A stretch of DNA of 64,000 nucleotides from Bacteroidota bacterium. GTDB lineage: Bacteria; Bacteroidota; Bacteroidia; B-17B0; Aurantibacillaceae. The notes under the pieces are model-generated. The model was not told the origin of the DNA, did no database searches, and saw only the letters and a program-made list of their open reading frames with translations. The stretch lies in NCBI GenBank assembly GCA_048498515.1, contig JBEHXV010000020.1, positions 5,474 through 69,473 on the forward strand, in the 5' to 3' direction. The translations under genes and the position numbers were made by a program. This document shows, in pieces, positions 1 through 10,309 of the stretch (position 1 is its first letter; each line of letters opens with the position of its first letter).

Positions 1-2
1 TC

Positions 3-1214
3 ATTCCTTACCGCAGCGATTTTTCATCCTTGTGCTTTTTCATTAATACCTTCGACGACCTTGGCCCAAAGAACCTGCCTACCATGCCCATTAACAGTAA
101 CCCCTTAAGCCGTAGCGAGGTTGAAACTATAAAAAACTGGATAGATGCCGGTGCACCAGATATTAATGGCAATGTGATGTGGGCCGATAACCCGGCACGA
201 AAAAAATATTATGTATTGAACCAGGGCTGCGATGTGGTAACCGTTTTTGACGCCGCCACCCAATTACCCATGCGTTACATTACCGTTGGCAGAAGCTCCG
301 TTCTGAATAAAATTCCACACCGGATCGAAGTATCGCACGACGGGCAATACTGGTATGTGATCTTTACCGGCGACAGCGTTATGCAAAAATACCGCAGCAG
401 CGACGATAGCTTTGTAGCGGAGGTAAGTCTCGGCGGGTATATAAACTGGAGTTCCCTGGTTATTAGTAATGATAACAAATGGGCTTATTGCATTTCCTGG
501 CAGCTTAGCAGCCGTTTAGCCGTTGTTAACCTGGAGAACATGACACTTAAAGCGAATATGGGTGGGGGTAATTTTACACAAGGGCATGGCGTTACATTAA
601 ATAAAAACAACGATACCCTTTACATTACCAATCAATATGGAAATTACATTTATAAGATCGATACCGCACTCAATGGTTTTAATGAAGTAATCATTGATCA
701 TAATCCTGGTCTTATTACAAACTCTCTTATCGACCCTCACGAAATCATGTTCTCGCCCGATGGTTCAAAATATTTTATTACCTGCCAGGCCACAGGCGAA
801 GTAAGGGTAATGAGCACACATGGTGATCATTTATTACAGGTTATCAATGTCGGTAGCAACAGCTTTCCACAGGAAATGGTAAAAAGTGTGGCAAAGAACA
901 AACTGTATGTCTCTTGCTCGGAAGGTGTAACGGGAAATAACACAAGGGGATCGGTAGCTGTCATTGACATGACAAGCTTAAGCGTCAGCACATATCCTGT
1001 TGGTTATCAACCCCACGGCATTGCTTTGGATGAAACCAATGGTTATGTGATTGTTGCCAGCAGAAATATAGCCAGTACAGGTCCGGTGCCACATCATACA
1101 AGCGTGTGCGGCCGAAACGGTTTCGTCAATTATTTCGACATCAATACCATGCAGTTGCTGAATAAGAAAACCGAAGTGGCTTCCGACCCTTATTCTGTAA
1201 GCATGAGACCTTAA
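3..1214 (+). CDS. beta-propeller repeat (YVTN/YncE-like) protein, 5'-truncated by the window edge
   Basis: The frame is open from nt 3, with no stop before the TTG at 30, so the N-terminus lies upstream of the window. Blade-like segments recur (DGQYWYV, NDTLYITN, DGSKYFIT, NKLYVSC, NGYVIVAS). Confidence 0.6.
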   Translation: MPYRSDFSSLCFFINTFDDLGPKNLPTMPINSNPLSRSEVETIKNWIDAGAPDINGNVMWADNPARKKYYVLNQGCDVVTVFDAATQLPMRYITVGRSSVLNKIPHRIEVSHDGQYWYVIFTGDSVMQKYRSSDDSFVAEVSLGGYINWSSLVISNDNKWAYCISWQLSSRLAVVNLENMTLKANMGGGNFTQGHGVTLNKNNDTLYITNQYGNYIYKIDTALNGFNEVIIDHNPGLITNSLIDPHEIMFSPDGSKYFITCQATGEVRVMSTHGDHLLQVINVGSNSFPQEMVKSVAKNKLYVSCSEGVTGNNTRGSVAVIDMTSLSVSTYPVGYQPHGIALDETNGYVIVASRNIASTGPVPHHTSVCGRNGFVNYFDINTMQLLNKKTEVASDPYSVSMRP

Positions 1215-1276
1215 AGCAGGTTAAAAAAACAAAAAAACAGGTCCATAGTGATAGAATCTGTAAATTTGTACCGGAA

Positions 1277-1687
1277 ATGAACGAGGCTTTGCAACATAAA
1301 ACCATACTGCTGTTTGACGGTTACTGTAATTTTTGCAGCAATACGGTTCAGTTTATTTTAAAGCACGAAAAAAACAACGCGCTTTTTTTTGCCTCTCTTC
1401 AATCGGAGACGGGTGTAGGCTTGTTGAATCATTACCATATTGATCCGGCAAAAACCGACAGCCTTGTGTTGGTTGAAAATGACAAGGCCTATGTTAAATC
1501 ATCGGCTGCCTTAAAAGTATCAACCTATTTAAAAGGCTTATACCCTTCTTTATTTGGGTTTATGATTATTCCGGCCTTTATCAGAAACTGGGTCTATGAT
1601 TTCATTGCCCGTAACCGCTACAAATGGTTTGGCAAATCAGACAGCTGCATGTTACCCGATCCTTCTGTAAAACAACGTTTTTTATAA
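1277..1687 (+). CDS. DCC1-like thiol-disulfide oxidoreductase (DUF393 family)
   Basis: The N-terminal '[10 protein letters not shown]' is the CxxC signature of the DCC family. The size (136 aa) fits. Confidence 0.75.
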   Translation: MNEALQHKTILLFDGYCNFCSNTVQFILKHEKNNALFFASLQSETGVGLLNHYHIDPAKTDSLVLVENDKAYVKSSAALKVSTYLKGLYPSLFGFMIIPAFIRNWVYDFIARNRYKWFGKSDSCMLPDPSVKQRFL

Positions 1688-1694
1688 TCTTAGT

Positions 1695-2411
1695 ATGACA
1701 AAGCTTTCTGTTAATATCAATAAAATTGCCACCATCAGAAACGCCCGTGGCGGTAACACCCCCGACCTTTTACAAATGGCTGTTGATGCCGAGCGTTTTG
1801 GAGCACAGGGCATCACCGTGCACCCAAGACCCGATGAACGGCATATCCGTTACCAGGATGTGTATGACCTGAAGCCTTTATTAAAAACAGAGTTCAATAT
1901 TGAAGGAAATCCTAAAATTCAAAAATTTGTGGATCTTGTTTTGGACGTAAAGCCTGAACAGGTGACACTGGTACCGGATGGCGATAACCAAATTACTTCC
2001 GATCATGGCTGGGATACTGTTGCCAATAAAGATTACTTAACCGATATTATTGCAACTTTTAAAAAAGCCGGGATCCGTACTTCTGTTTTTGTGGATGCAA
2101 ATTTGAAAATGATAGAAGGCGCCCAAGCAACAGGTACCGACCGCATTGAATTGTACACCGAAGAGTATGCCCGCTTTTATGATACAAAACGGGAAGAAGT
2201 GATGAAACCCTTTACGGAAGCCTCGAAGCTGGCAAACAAGCTGGGCTTAGGTGTCAATGCAGGGCACGACCTGAGCCTGCAGAACCTTACCTATTTTAAA
2301 CAGCATACCGAAAATTTATTGGAAGTTTCCATTGGTCATGCACTCATCAGCGATGCCTTGTATTATGGTTTAGAGAATACCATACAGCTATACTTAAGGC
2401 AATTGAAATAG
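1695..2411 (+). CDS. pdxJ: pyridoxine 5'-phosphate synthase
   Basis: The N-terminus '[19 protein letters not shown]' and '[12 protein letters not shown]', 'ELYTE.YA' and 'NAGHDL' are characteristic PdxJ blocks. Length is 238 aa. Confidence 0.9.
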   Translation: MTKLSVNINKIATIRNARGGNTPDLLQMAVDAERFGAQGITVHPRPDERHIRYQDVYDLKPLLKTEFNIEGNPKIQKFVDLVLDVKPEQVTLVPDGDNQITSDHGWDTVANKDYLTDIIATFKKAGIRTSVFVDANLKMIEGAQATGTDRIELYTEEYARFYDTKREEVMKPFTEASKLANKLGLGVNAGHDLSLQNLTYFKQHTENLLEVSIGHALISDALYYGLENTIQLYLRQLK

Positions 2412-2446
2412 AAGATTCATAAAACATCCTTATTAAAGCTTCTTAT

Positions 2447-2992
2447 ATGGGAAGAAAAATCCAAATAATTGCAAGTTTAATAATGTCACATTATTTTTCA
2501 ATTTCTCAAACTTTTTTTAATAAGCCCATTTATGTCAGCCCGGGTCTGTCTATAGGCTATACCTTTGATGCGAAGATCAATTATGGTTTTACTTTAGATG
2601 TAGGCCTACTGTCAAACAATAGCAACTTACACGACCGTTATGGTTTTTCGTTTTATCAATATTATGTCCATACGGGCAAGCATGTTCACCGGCTACGCTC
2701 ATTCAGTGTGATGTACCAAAACGACTATGTGGATTTTAAAATTGGAAGAGGGCGTGCCCGTAATCCCTGGGGCTATACAAACAGGAATAAATGCATTGTT
2801 CACGGCTTAACTCTTGATGTAAGCGCTTCTTATCCTTCCAAATACAGTCCGTGGATAGGTTACAGGCTTTTTACATTTAACCGTGCCGACTGGGCATGGT
2901 TCATGCACCCTTATAACTCTATTTACCTCAAATACAAGTATGATGTCATTCAGAATACAGAACTTCGGAAAACAGTAACTCTTGAAAAATAA
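2447..2992 (+). CDS. hypothetical protein
   Basis: 181-aa ORF with a hydrophobic N-terminus in a coding-dense region. No family recognised. Confidence 0.4.
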   Translation: MGRKIQIIASLIMSHYFSISQTFFNKPIYVSPGLSIGYTFDAKINYGFTLDVGLLSNNSNLHDRYGFSFYQYYVHTGKHVHRLRSFSVMYQNDYVDFKIGRGRARNPWGYTNRNKCIVHGLTLDVSASYPSKYSPWIGYRLFTFNRADWAWFMHPYNSIYLKYKYDVIQNTELRKTVTLEK

Positions 2993-3002
2993 ACCCTTAT
3001 TC

Positions 3003-3398
3003 TTAGCCTAAAATATCTTTAATATTTGGTTTAAAATACAGATTGCTTTTCATGATCTTGCCATCTTCCCTGAAGATGGGATTTCCCTGCTCATCAAGCT
3101 TACTCATGTTGCTGCGCTGAATTTCATCAAACACTTCTTCAATCTTGTGCTGCAGGCCATGTTTTAAAATGGTCCCGAATAAGATATAGAGCTGGTCACC
3201 CAGGGCATCAGCAATCTCAATCAAGTCGCCTTTTTGGCAGGCCTCCAGATATTCTTCGTTTTCCTCTTTAATTAAATTATAACGCAGTGTATAATTTCGT
3301 TCATCAATCAGCGTGGGAGCGTCAGCATTTCCTATTTTAAACGTTTCATGAAACTCATGCACGTGCATGATCTTATCTAACAATCCTTTCTTTTCCAT
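3003..3398 (-). CDS. MazG-like nucleoside triphosphate pyrophosphohydrolase family protein
   Basis: Small all-helical protein with 'EENEEYLEA' and 'IADALGDQLY' acidic motifs typical of MazG-like/HisE-like NTP-PPases. Its start overlaps the stop of the upstream gene by 1 nt. Confidence 0.6.
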   Translation of the reverse strand: MEKKGLLDKIMHVHEFHETFKIGNADAPTLIDERNYTLRYNLIKEENEEYLEACQKGDLIEIADALGDQLYILFGTILKHGLQHKIEEVFDEIQRSNMSKLDEQGNPIFREDGKIMKSNLYFKPNIKDILG

Positions 3399-4042
3399 TA
3401 TTTCTTCTTTTTTGCGTTATACTCCTCGTTTAAGATCTTAATGATGTCGCTGCTGATATCCAGTTTTTTGTTTTTAAATACCAGGATAGGAAGGGTTTCG
3501 GAATAAGAGAAAACATAATCAAACCTTCCGTTATTGTATTGATCCACTACCTGCTGCAATTTTTCATTCAATTCCAATACCTTATCCTGTTCATCGTACT
3601 GCAGGTTTTGTAATTGCAATTGCTTGTTTTTTATTTCCTGTTCTTTTCTTTTCAGGTTTTCTTCCATGGTAGCCATCTGGCTTTGAGGAGCGATGCCTGT
3701 TTGTGCCGATTGCTGATAAGCTTCATAATCAGCCTGGAACGATGCCGTAAGGCTTTCCAGTTGGTTTTGAATGGCCTGCGCCTGTCCTTTCATTTTTTTC
3801 GAATAATCGGCAATAAATAAATACTTTGAGTTAATAGAGTCGATATTAACAAAGGCCATTTTTGCATCGGCCAGGCTTGTAGGCCCAACTTCGTTAATGA
3901 TAACTTTGGCTTTAGTGCTATCTGTTGAAGAAGATGTTGCCGTTTCAGGAAGGCCATTTTGTTTTAAAGAATGTACCTGGTAAAATAAGATAGCCACCGC
4001 AACTGCCAATACGCCATTAATAATCAGAGAAATATGTTTCAT
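3398..4042 (-). CDS. OmpH/Skp family periplasmic chaperone
   Basis: Signal/TM N-terminus followed by a long Q/E/K-rich coiled coil. The size and composition are typical of Bacteroidota OmpH. Confidence 0.7.
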   Translation of the reverse strand: MKHISLIINGVLAVAVAILFYQVHSLKQNGLPETATSSSTDSTKAKVIINEVGPTSLADAKMAFVNIDSINSKYLFIADYSKKMKGQAQAIQNQLESLTASFQADYEAYQQSAQTGIAPQSQMATMEENLKRKEQEIKNKQLQLQNLQYDEQDKVLELNEKLQQVVDQYNNGRFDYVFSYSETLPILVFKNKKLDISSDIIKILNEEYNAKKKK

Positions 4043-4141
4043 AGAGTTTTAAATTAATGGAGTAAATATAAATATTAAAGAAGCAATTAAACGGCGACCT
4101 TTGGCAGGACTTATTAAATTTTATTAAATAATTATGTTTTT

Positions 4142-4208
4142 ATTAAACCCCTTCAGGGTTCGTTTAAATTTGTGCAATAATCTATTCACATTAAACCCCT
4201 TCAGGGTT
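4142..4208. repeat. two perfect 19-bp direct repeats, each with a small hairpin
   Basis: ATTAAACCCCTTCAGGGTT occurs at 4142-4160 and 4190-4208, with an AACCC/GGGTT stem. The repeats lie immediately downstream of the last gene of the glycan locus. Confidence 0.8.
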
Positions 4209-4214
4209 TTAAAA

Positions 4215-4805
4215 CTATTTTATGATTTTTGCAATGGTATTGAAAATGATCTTCAGATCAACTCCGAGTCCCTGCTGCTGAATGTATTTCATATTCAGGG
4301 CAAGCTTGGCAGGCATAATTTCCTGGATGTAAGTCTGTTCAGGATCAGTGGATTTTGCCAGGAGTTCATTTTCGTTAATGTACTCCAGCGAAGCAAAATC
4401 GGTAATACCTGGTTTTGCCTGTAAAACCTGCTGCTGCTCTTTGGTATACATGTCTACATATTTTCTCACCTCAGGGCGCGGCCCAACCAGGCTCATGGTT
4501 CCAAGCAGTACATTAACTAATTGTGGCAGCTCATCCAGCTTATACTTACGCAGGTAATAACCAATGGCGGTTACCCGCGGATCACGCCCTCCAACAGTAA
4601 GTAACCCTTTTTTATCCGAGTCCTTGTGCATGGTACGGAACTTAAACAATTTAAAATCCCTCCCATGAAGGCCAACCCTGGTTTGAAGATAGAATATGGG
4701 AAAACCGCAGGAAACGATCATCATAAGGCTAATAACCAAAAAAAACGGGAACAGAATAATGATCCCTGTTAGTGAAGCCAGTATGTCGAATAAACGTTTG
4801 AGCAT
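4215..4805 (-). CDS. small (PglC/WbaP C-terminal-type) undecaprenyl-phosphate sugar-phosphate transferase, initiating enzyme
   Basis: 'KRLFD...SL..II...P' membrane hairpin, 'GR.GK.F...KFRTM' and '[18 protein letters not shown]' are hallmarks of the bacterial sugar transferase family. Confidence 0.85.
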   Translation of the reverse strand: MLKRLFDILASLTGIIILFPFFLVISLMMIVSCGFPIFYLQTRVGLHGRDFKLFKFRTMHKDSDKKGLLTVGGRDPRVTAIGYYLRKYKLDELPQLVNVLLGTMSLVGPRPEVRKYVDMYTKEQQQVLQAKPGITDFASLEYINENELLAKSTDPEQTYIQEIMPAKLALNMKYIQQQGLGVDLKIIFNTIAKIIK

Positions 4806-4808
4806 TTG

Positions 4809-6020
4809 TTATTGGTGAAGCACTTTGTTTACAGAACCGATAACCGCTTTAATAACCGTTTGCAATTGCTCCTCTGTCATATCATAAAAAACAGGCAGCG
4901 AAATTTCACGGCTGAAGTTATCATAAGTTACCGGGTAATGCTTAAGATCGTAGCCAAGGTTTTTATAATACGACATGGCAGGTACAGGAATAAAATGAAC
5001 ATTTACAGATACATCCCGGTCAAAGATCTCTTTCATAATGGCGTCGCGTTGCTCCTCGCTAATACCATTAATCCTTAATGGATACAAATGATAACAGCCC
5101 AGCTTTGAAGCGGTTTGGTATACCGGCACCTGGAAACGCGCGTCTTTTGAAAATGCTCCCTGGTAGGTTTCAAAAATATGTTTTCGTTTTAGTTGTGTAT
5201 CGCTATCATAACGCTCCAATTCCACCAAACCAATAGCGGCCGAAATATCAGTCATGTTGCATTTATAACCCGCTTCCACAATGTCATACTTCCAGTTTCC
5301 TTTCTGGGTTTTTGCCAGTGCATCCTTATTTTGGCCATGCAATGTCAATACGCATAAATAGTTATAGATCTCGGTGTTGTCAAAAGGGGCAGGAAAGTTT
5401 AAAGCTATAGAACCTCCTTCGGCAGTGGTTAAATTTTTTACGGCGTGAAACGAAAACACCGATACATCCGTCAATGAGCCGCATTTTTCACCATTGGCAC
5501 TGGCGCCAAACGAGTGTGCCGAATCCGATAGTACCATCACCCTGCCAAGCAATTCCTGGTTCTTTGAGTTGGGTCTGAAGGTGTTTTTATGCTTTATTAC
5601 CAGTTCATTGATCTCCTTGTAATCACAGGGAAAACCGGCAAAATCAACTGGCATAATCACTTTGGTATTTGGCGTAATGGCTTTCTCAATAGTGGAAACA
5701 TTGATGTTGAAATCATCGGCATTCACATCCACAAAAACCGGTTTGGCTCCGCAATGAATCACTACGTTGGCGGTTGCCGAATAAGTATATGCCGGTAAAA
5801 TAACTTCATCGCCCTCACCTACTCCAAACCAGCGCAGCATAATTTCAAGTCCGGCTGTTGCCGAGTTCAGGCAAAGCGTTGCCTTATTTCCGCAATAGGC
5901 CGTTAGTTTTTTCTCAAAATCTTTAGTTCGGGGGCCTGTTGTGATCCATCCTGATTTTAAAGCAGCCGTTACTTCTGCAATAATTTTATCGTCTATACGT
6001 GGCGGTGAAAAAGGAATCAT
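4809..6020 (-). CDS. DegT/DnrJ/EryC1/StrS family sugar aminotransferase (PglE/EpsN-like)
   Basis: PLP-lysine context 'FSFHAVKNLTTAEGG' and N-terminal 'IPFSPP.I'. The gene lies next to the initiating transferase. Confidence 0.85.
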   Translation of the reverse strand: MIPFSPPRIDDKIIAEVTAALKSGWITTGPRTKDFEKKLTAYCGNKATLCLNSATAGLEIMLRWFGVGEGDEVILPAYTYSATANVVIHCGAKPVFVDVNADDFNINVSTIEKAITPNTKVIMPVDFAGFPCDYKEINELVIKHKNTFRPNSKNQELLGRVMVLSDSAHSFGASANGEKCGSLTDVSVFSFHAVKNLTTAEGGSIALNFPAPFDNTEIYNYLCVLTLHGQNKDALAKTQKGNWKYDIVEAGYKCNMTDISAAIGLVELERYDSDTQLKRKHIFETYQGAFSKDARFQVPVYQTASKLGCYHLYPLRINGISEEQRDAIMKEIFDRDVSVNVHFIPVPAMSYYKNLGYDLKHYPVTYDNFSREISLPVFYDMTEEQLQTVIKAVIGSVNKVLHQ

Positions 6021-6025
6021 TTTTG

Positions 6026-7261
6026 TTATGAGTTATGAGTTGAAAGCTTATGCAAATTATAATGGATTAAAAGGCAAAAGAAAAATACAAAGAAAATAAA
6101 TCCCGCCTGCGCCTGCAACATCGACTCGACAAGGAAATTAAAAATGCAAAGCAAACTGAACAGCACCAGGATATAATTCTTTTTCACAAAGCCGTACATT
6201 GCCACGCCAAAGGTCATTATTAGTAATAGCACAATACCAATAATACCAGTTCCGATAAAGGTTTGCAGAAACTGGTTATGGGCATTGAGCTTTTTCCGCA
6301 AAGCACCTGCCAATCCTTCGCGTGTATAGGCTTCCACTAATTTATCATTCGCGTCGCCCGCTGTTGTACCAAATACAAAGTTCTGTTCAATAAGCTTAAC
6401 CGACTCTTTCCATATCAGGATCCTCACAGCGGTGCTTTCGGCATCGGTTTTATCAATGGTTTCAGTAGATTCTGTTACCCTGACGGCAGTTTTAATCCGT
6501 TCAAAAGGCGTAGGGAAAAACTTATAGGCCATGAAGATCCCGGCAAAAAGCGCAACGATTAAACCAGCAATGGTCTTTTTGTAGCCTTTGTTAAACAGAA
6601 TAGTACCAAGGGTAACAGGCAACAATAAAAAAGCGGTAATGAGCCCCATTTTTGAAGAGCATAAAAAGATGGAGATTAAGAAAACTACTGTCATAAAACC
6701 TATCTTAACAGTGAGATTGGATAAATGCGATAACCATTTAGGATAGAACAACATGATGACGAATAGCGAAAAAATAAGGTACATGGCAAAATAGCTGGGA
6801 TGCATAAAATAGCTGAATTCTGTATAAAAAAAGGCATTAAAATCTTCGAACAGGTATAAATAAAAAGCCCTGAAAATATCTATCACCGAAACCAACAAAC
6901 AACCGGATACAAAAGAGATCACGATCTTTTTGACTTCCATTTCTTTGTAATTAGTAGCGAATAGTAATAAAGGAAAAGCCAGGAAACTCAGCTTGATCTC
7001 AATAGCGGATAATGCCCCCGCTTTATCTATTGAAAAGAAATAGCCAATGGCATGAATAAAAAAGAAAGCTAACAGTACGTAGCTCCATTTATTTTTTAAT
7101 ACCCGGTTAATGCCGGCTTTTACATCGTCGAATAGGAAAAAGCAAACCGCCCAGGTTATGATAAAAATAGCGTAGTTGATGCCAAAAGGCAGGAAAAAGG
7201 CAATAAGCAATGGTAGGTTATAACCAAGCTGCAAATAAGTATGTTTAAGCTTTGCCAACAT
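6026..7261 (-). CDS. O-antigen ligase (WaaL)/Wzy_C family polytopic membrane protein
   Basis: About 10-12 predicted TM segments, a large loop, and a 'NAHNQFLQ' motif typical of O-antigen ligase-family proteins. Co-occurrence with Wzm/Wzt favours a ligase role over a polymerase role. Confidence 0.7.
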   Translation of the reverse strand: MLAKLKHTYLQLGYNLPLLIAFFLPFGINYAIFIITWAVCFFLFDDVKAGINRVLKNKWSYVLLAFFFIHAIGYFFSIDKAGALSAIEIKLSFLAFPLLLFATNYKEMEVKKIVISFVSGCLLVSVIDIFRAFYLYLFEDFNAFFYTEFSYFMHPSYFAMYLIFSLFVIMLFYPKWLSHLSNLTVKIGFMTVVFLISIFLCSSKMGLITAFLLLPVTLGTILFNKGYKKTIAGLIVALFAGIFMAYKFFPTPFERIKTAVRVTESTETIDKTDAESTAVRILIWKESVKLIEQNFVFGTTAGDANDKLVEAYTREGLAGALRKKLNAHNQFLQTFIGTGIIGIVLLLIMTFGVAMYGFVKKNYILVLFSLLCIFNFLVESMLQAQAGFIFFVFFFCLLIHYNLHKLSTHNS

Positions 7262-8477
7262 CGTTCATTAAGGTATGATAAAATTTTTGAGCAATGGTGT
7301 CACGGTTAAAATGTTGTTCCACATAAGCCCTTCCCTTTTTGCCAAGTTCTTTTCTCAATTCAGGGTCGTTTGCCAGTAACAAGACATTTTTAACCAATTC
7401 TTCTGCGTTTTCAGGTTCTGAATACAAGGCGCATTGCCCCTGGTTAACGAACAACTCCCTTGCTTCCCCATCAACAGCCAGTATCACCGGTTTTTCCATA
7501 GCCAGGTTCTCAAAAATTTTAGAAGGAATAGCGCCCAGGAACAGGTCGAGCTTGCGCAACGGAATAACCGACACATCGCTGGCCATGACTATTTGTGGCA
7601 TTTGGGTTTTAGAAACAGCATCGAAAAAATACACATTACTGAGTTCCTGCTCCTGCTTTATGGCCTGAAGCTTTTCTTTTTCGGGGCCGCTGCCCAATAA
7701 AATAAATTTAATGCCCGGCTGGTCTTTTAGTTGAGCTGCCGCCTGTAATATGATCTCTAACCCCTGGGCCAAACCAATAATACCCGCATACAGGAAAAAA
7801 ACATCGCTTTGGCTAAAACCATGTACTTTACGCCAGTCGCTGGTAATTGCCTGGGGATTGTAATAAGATACATCTACCCCATTTGGCAGCCAAAATGTTT
7901 TTACAGCTGGAAAACGCTCGTTAATGCTCTTACAAATTCCCTGCGTTTGTCCTGTTACCAATACCGATTTACGGTACAATTTTGCTTCTAAATTATACGC
8001 TAGCCGCAGCATTTGTTTATTGGTCACCACACCCAGTTTTTCAGCACTTTCGGGCCAAAGGTCGGATACGTTAAAAATAAGCTTTGCTTTCTTTTTACGT
8101 TTCAGATACATGGCCGAATATCCTAAAAACAAGGGGGGTGATTCGCAAAGGATCACATCCACCTCACCAATTTTACGGTTCCCAATTTTTGCAGAGGAAT
8201 ACACAAAGGAAAAATAATTAAGCAGGCGCTGCACAATGGATTTACTTTTTGGCAAAACAATGGAAGCACGGTGCACAGGAATTCCTTCCATCTCTTCATA
8301 CACATAGTCTTTCCCTTCATATCCCGCATAAATTTTCATTTGCGGGTAATTGGGCATGGCAGTTAAAACCGACACCTCTATTCCCAGTTTTTTCAAACGC
8401 ACTGCCAGCTCAAACAATCGGTTTTGAGGCGCACCAACTTCGGGTGGAAAATATTGGGTTAGGATTAAAAGTTTCAA
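7245..8477 (-). CDS. glycosyltransferase family 4 (WbuB-like)
   Basis: 'MKLLILTQYFPPE.GAP..R..EL...L...G.EV.VLT..PNYP' N-terminus and a C-terminal GT-B 'E..G....EA.A.GKPV' type block. Confidence 0.8.
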   Translation of the reverse strand: MKLLILTQYFPPEVGAPQNRLFELAVRLKKLGIEVSVLTAMPNYPQMKIYAGYEGKDYVYEEMEGIPVHRASIVLPKSKSIVQRLLNYFSFVYSSAKIGNRKIGEVDVILCESPPLFLGYSAMYLKRKKKAKLIFNVSDLWPESAEKLGVVTNKQMLRLAYNLEAKLYRKSVLVTGQTQGICKSINERFPAVKTFWLPNGVDVSYYNPQAITSDWRKVHGFSQSDVFFLYAGIIGLAQGLEIILQAAAQLKDQPGIKFILLGSGPEKEKLQAIKQEQELSNVYFFDAVSKTQMPQIVMASDVSVIPLRKLDLFLGAIPSKIFENLAMEKPVILAVDGEARELFVNQGQCALYSEPENAEELVKNVLLLANDPELRKELGKKGRAYVEQHFNRDTIAQKFYHTLMNDVGKA

Positions 8478-8490
8478 GTTCCTTATTAAT

Positions 8491-8515
8491 TACGAATTTT
8501 TACGAATGTACGAAT
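8491..8515. repeat. three direct TACGAAT heptamers in the intergenic spacer
   Basis: TACGAAT occurs at 8491-8497, 8501-8507 and 8509-8515. The same heptamer forms the inverted arrays at 40921-41000. Confidence 0.6.
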
Positions 8516-8553
8516 CTGGGTTTGCTATGTTTACTATTCTGTTCATTGTCTGA

Positions 8554-9372
8554 TTATCTCATCGTTGAATTGTCTAATTCAGAAATGGCTTGTTTAAAGT
8601 TAAGGAATTCAATATTTTGTCCTTCAAGGTATTCAATGAGCCACATGTACCAGTCTTTCCAGGTTTTATGGGCATCTGAAAAATACCGGTCATGAAAATC
8701 AATTCCTAAATATGGCAAGTTCAGCTCTGACACTTTATCAATGATCTTCTTTGTTTCCTCGCAGCTTTGAAAAAAATTTTTGCTTTGCCACTGTTTCGGC
8801 TTTTCAATAATATACCCGTCCATAACCTGGAAAGGAAATTCCCACATGCTATCAATCTTATACGGCGCCTTAAAACTCATTTCACTGCTATCGAAAGCAT
8901 AGCCGGCTTTGGCCATATTGGTAAAGGTGTGGTCATTTTTACGAATGTAATGCATTCGTGTGCCAAAAACAGTTTGTCCCGACAGTTCTTTAAACAAAGA
9001 ATATTCCGCGTTTATTTTTTTAAAGCTTTCAAATTCAATTCCGTGGATGTTCACATCACAACCCATTTGCTGCATTTTTTTGATCCATAAAGCCGCCTGC
9101 TCTTTTGAATAGGAAAGCCCTACGCCGTTGTTAACGCCAATAAAATAGGTTGTTGGTACCTTGTGTTTTTTATTAAACGCATGAAGCTCTTCAATGTGCT
9201 GCCACTGATTTTTGAAAACATCACCCAGCCTTAAAAAAAATTCTTTTAGCGAAATTTTACCCGTCAATAATTCTATTTTGCTTCTCACAAAATATTTGGG
9301 AACCACCAGGTCTTTCAGATAATGTTCCGAAAGGGTAAGGTGATCGATATCATGGGAAACAATGGCTTTCAT
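8554..9372 (-). CDS. hypothetical protein, possibly polysaccharide deacetylase-like
   Basis: 'SHDIDH' near the N-terminus and the size resemble deacetylase-like proteins found in exopolysaccharide loci. The assignment is weak. Confidence 0.45.
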   Translation of the reverse strand: MKAIVSHDIDHLTLSEHYLKDLVVPKYFVRSKIELLTGKISLKEFFLRLGDVFKNQWQHIEELHAFNKKHKVPTTYFIGVNNGVGLSYSKEQAALWIKKMQQMGCDVNIHGIEFESFKKINAEYSLFKELSGQTVFGTRMHYIRKNDHTFTNMAKAGYAFDSSEMSFKAPYKIDSMWEFPFQVMDGYIIEKPKQWQSKNFFQSCEETKKIIDKVSELNLPYLGIDFHDRYFSDAHKTWKDWYMWLIEYLEGQNIEFLNFKQAISELDNSTMR

Positions 9373-9403
9373 TTGAAGCCTAAAAATAACAAAAAAGCCC
9401 TGT

Positions 9404-10309
9404 TTAGGTTTTGTTTTTAAGGATTTTAATTAACCGCGGAAGGTTGTTAACCTGTAAAAAGCTGTAAGTCATGGCATGTCCGCCAAAACCCATGTAAAAA
9501 TTGGCCAGCCCTTGTTTTGAACCGCCACCAAAATCAAAGAGCTCAGCTTTGTCCGAAAAAAACTCAATGGCGTGTTTCATCAACAGGTGCATGCTTCCCG
9601 AATTGTCAGCTTTATCAAAATTGGTACCTTTAAGATACAGGACATGTTTGCCATTGCAAATGAAATGGCCAATGGCTTTTAATACATTCCCTGAATCGAC
9701 AACCTTAAACGTATGCAGGTAATTTTGCTGACGTGCATTTATCAACAGCTGATCTAGTCGGGAAACAATTTGCGGGCTTAAGCCCACTTCCGTTTCTAAA
9801 AAAGGGTTCAGGTATTTTTGGGAAAGCGGCAAAATTTCTGTGCTGGCAACCTCTTCGACCTTAAAATTACCGTCCTGCGCCCGTGCTATATTTCGTTTGG
9901 TGTTCTGATTAAACTTATAGCCATCTTTATAATGAAAGGTGTAGGTGTTTTTTGGACTAATAAATTCCGAGCTGATCTTATTGGTTACATTTAATTCCAA
10001 ATCAATGAGCTTATAATTTTCAAGGATATAGTTATAGAATAACCACTCTGTTTCCGGACTTACTTTTCCATAAACACCTAGTTGAGAAGTAAATGGAGGC
10101 TGTGGCAAATAGGTAAAACCAAATTTGCGTTTTGCGGTTACAGGGAATACACTCTCATAATTGCCTATTACAAGGGCATCCCAGGCAGGACAAGTAGCAT
10201 TTAAATAAAAGGATTGAGCAAATACAAAAGGGATCTCCGAACTCAAAATGGTAGCATCCCATTTTTTAAGGTCAATATCGGCATGTTTAATGTAACGTAA
10301 CTGGCTCAT
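9404..10309 (-). CDS. FemAB-like/GNAT (Acetyltransf_6-type) acyl- or aminoacyl-transferase
   Basis: The C-terminal block 'LYLKGTN.........HLLMKHAIEFF..KAELFDFGGGS..GLANFY.GFG' resembles the FemAB/BioF2-like GNAT family. Confidence 0.55.
   Translation of the reverse strand: MSQLRYIKHADIDLKKWDATILSSEIPFVFAQSFYLNATCPAWDALVIGNYESVFPVTAKRKFGFTYLPQPPFTSQLGVYGKVSPETEWLFYNYILENYKLIDLELNVTNKISSEFISPKNTYTFHYKDGYKFNQNTKRNIARAQDGNFKVEEVASTEILPLSQKYLNPFLETEVGLSPQIVSRLDQLLINARQQNYLHTFKVVDSGNVLKAIGHFICNGKHVLYLKGTNFDKADNSGSMHLLMKHAIEFFSDKAELFDFGGGSKQGLANFYMGFGGHAMTYSFLQVNNLPRLIKILKNKT

Noticed and set aside
4134-4424. A 96-aa plus-strand ORF spanning the 19-bp repeats and running into the sugar transferase gene.
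   Set aside because: It translates the repeats ('LNPFRV' twice) and then runs antisense to a confident gene. It is most likely non-coding.
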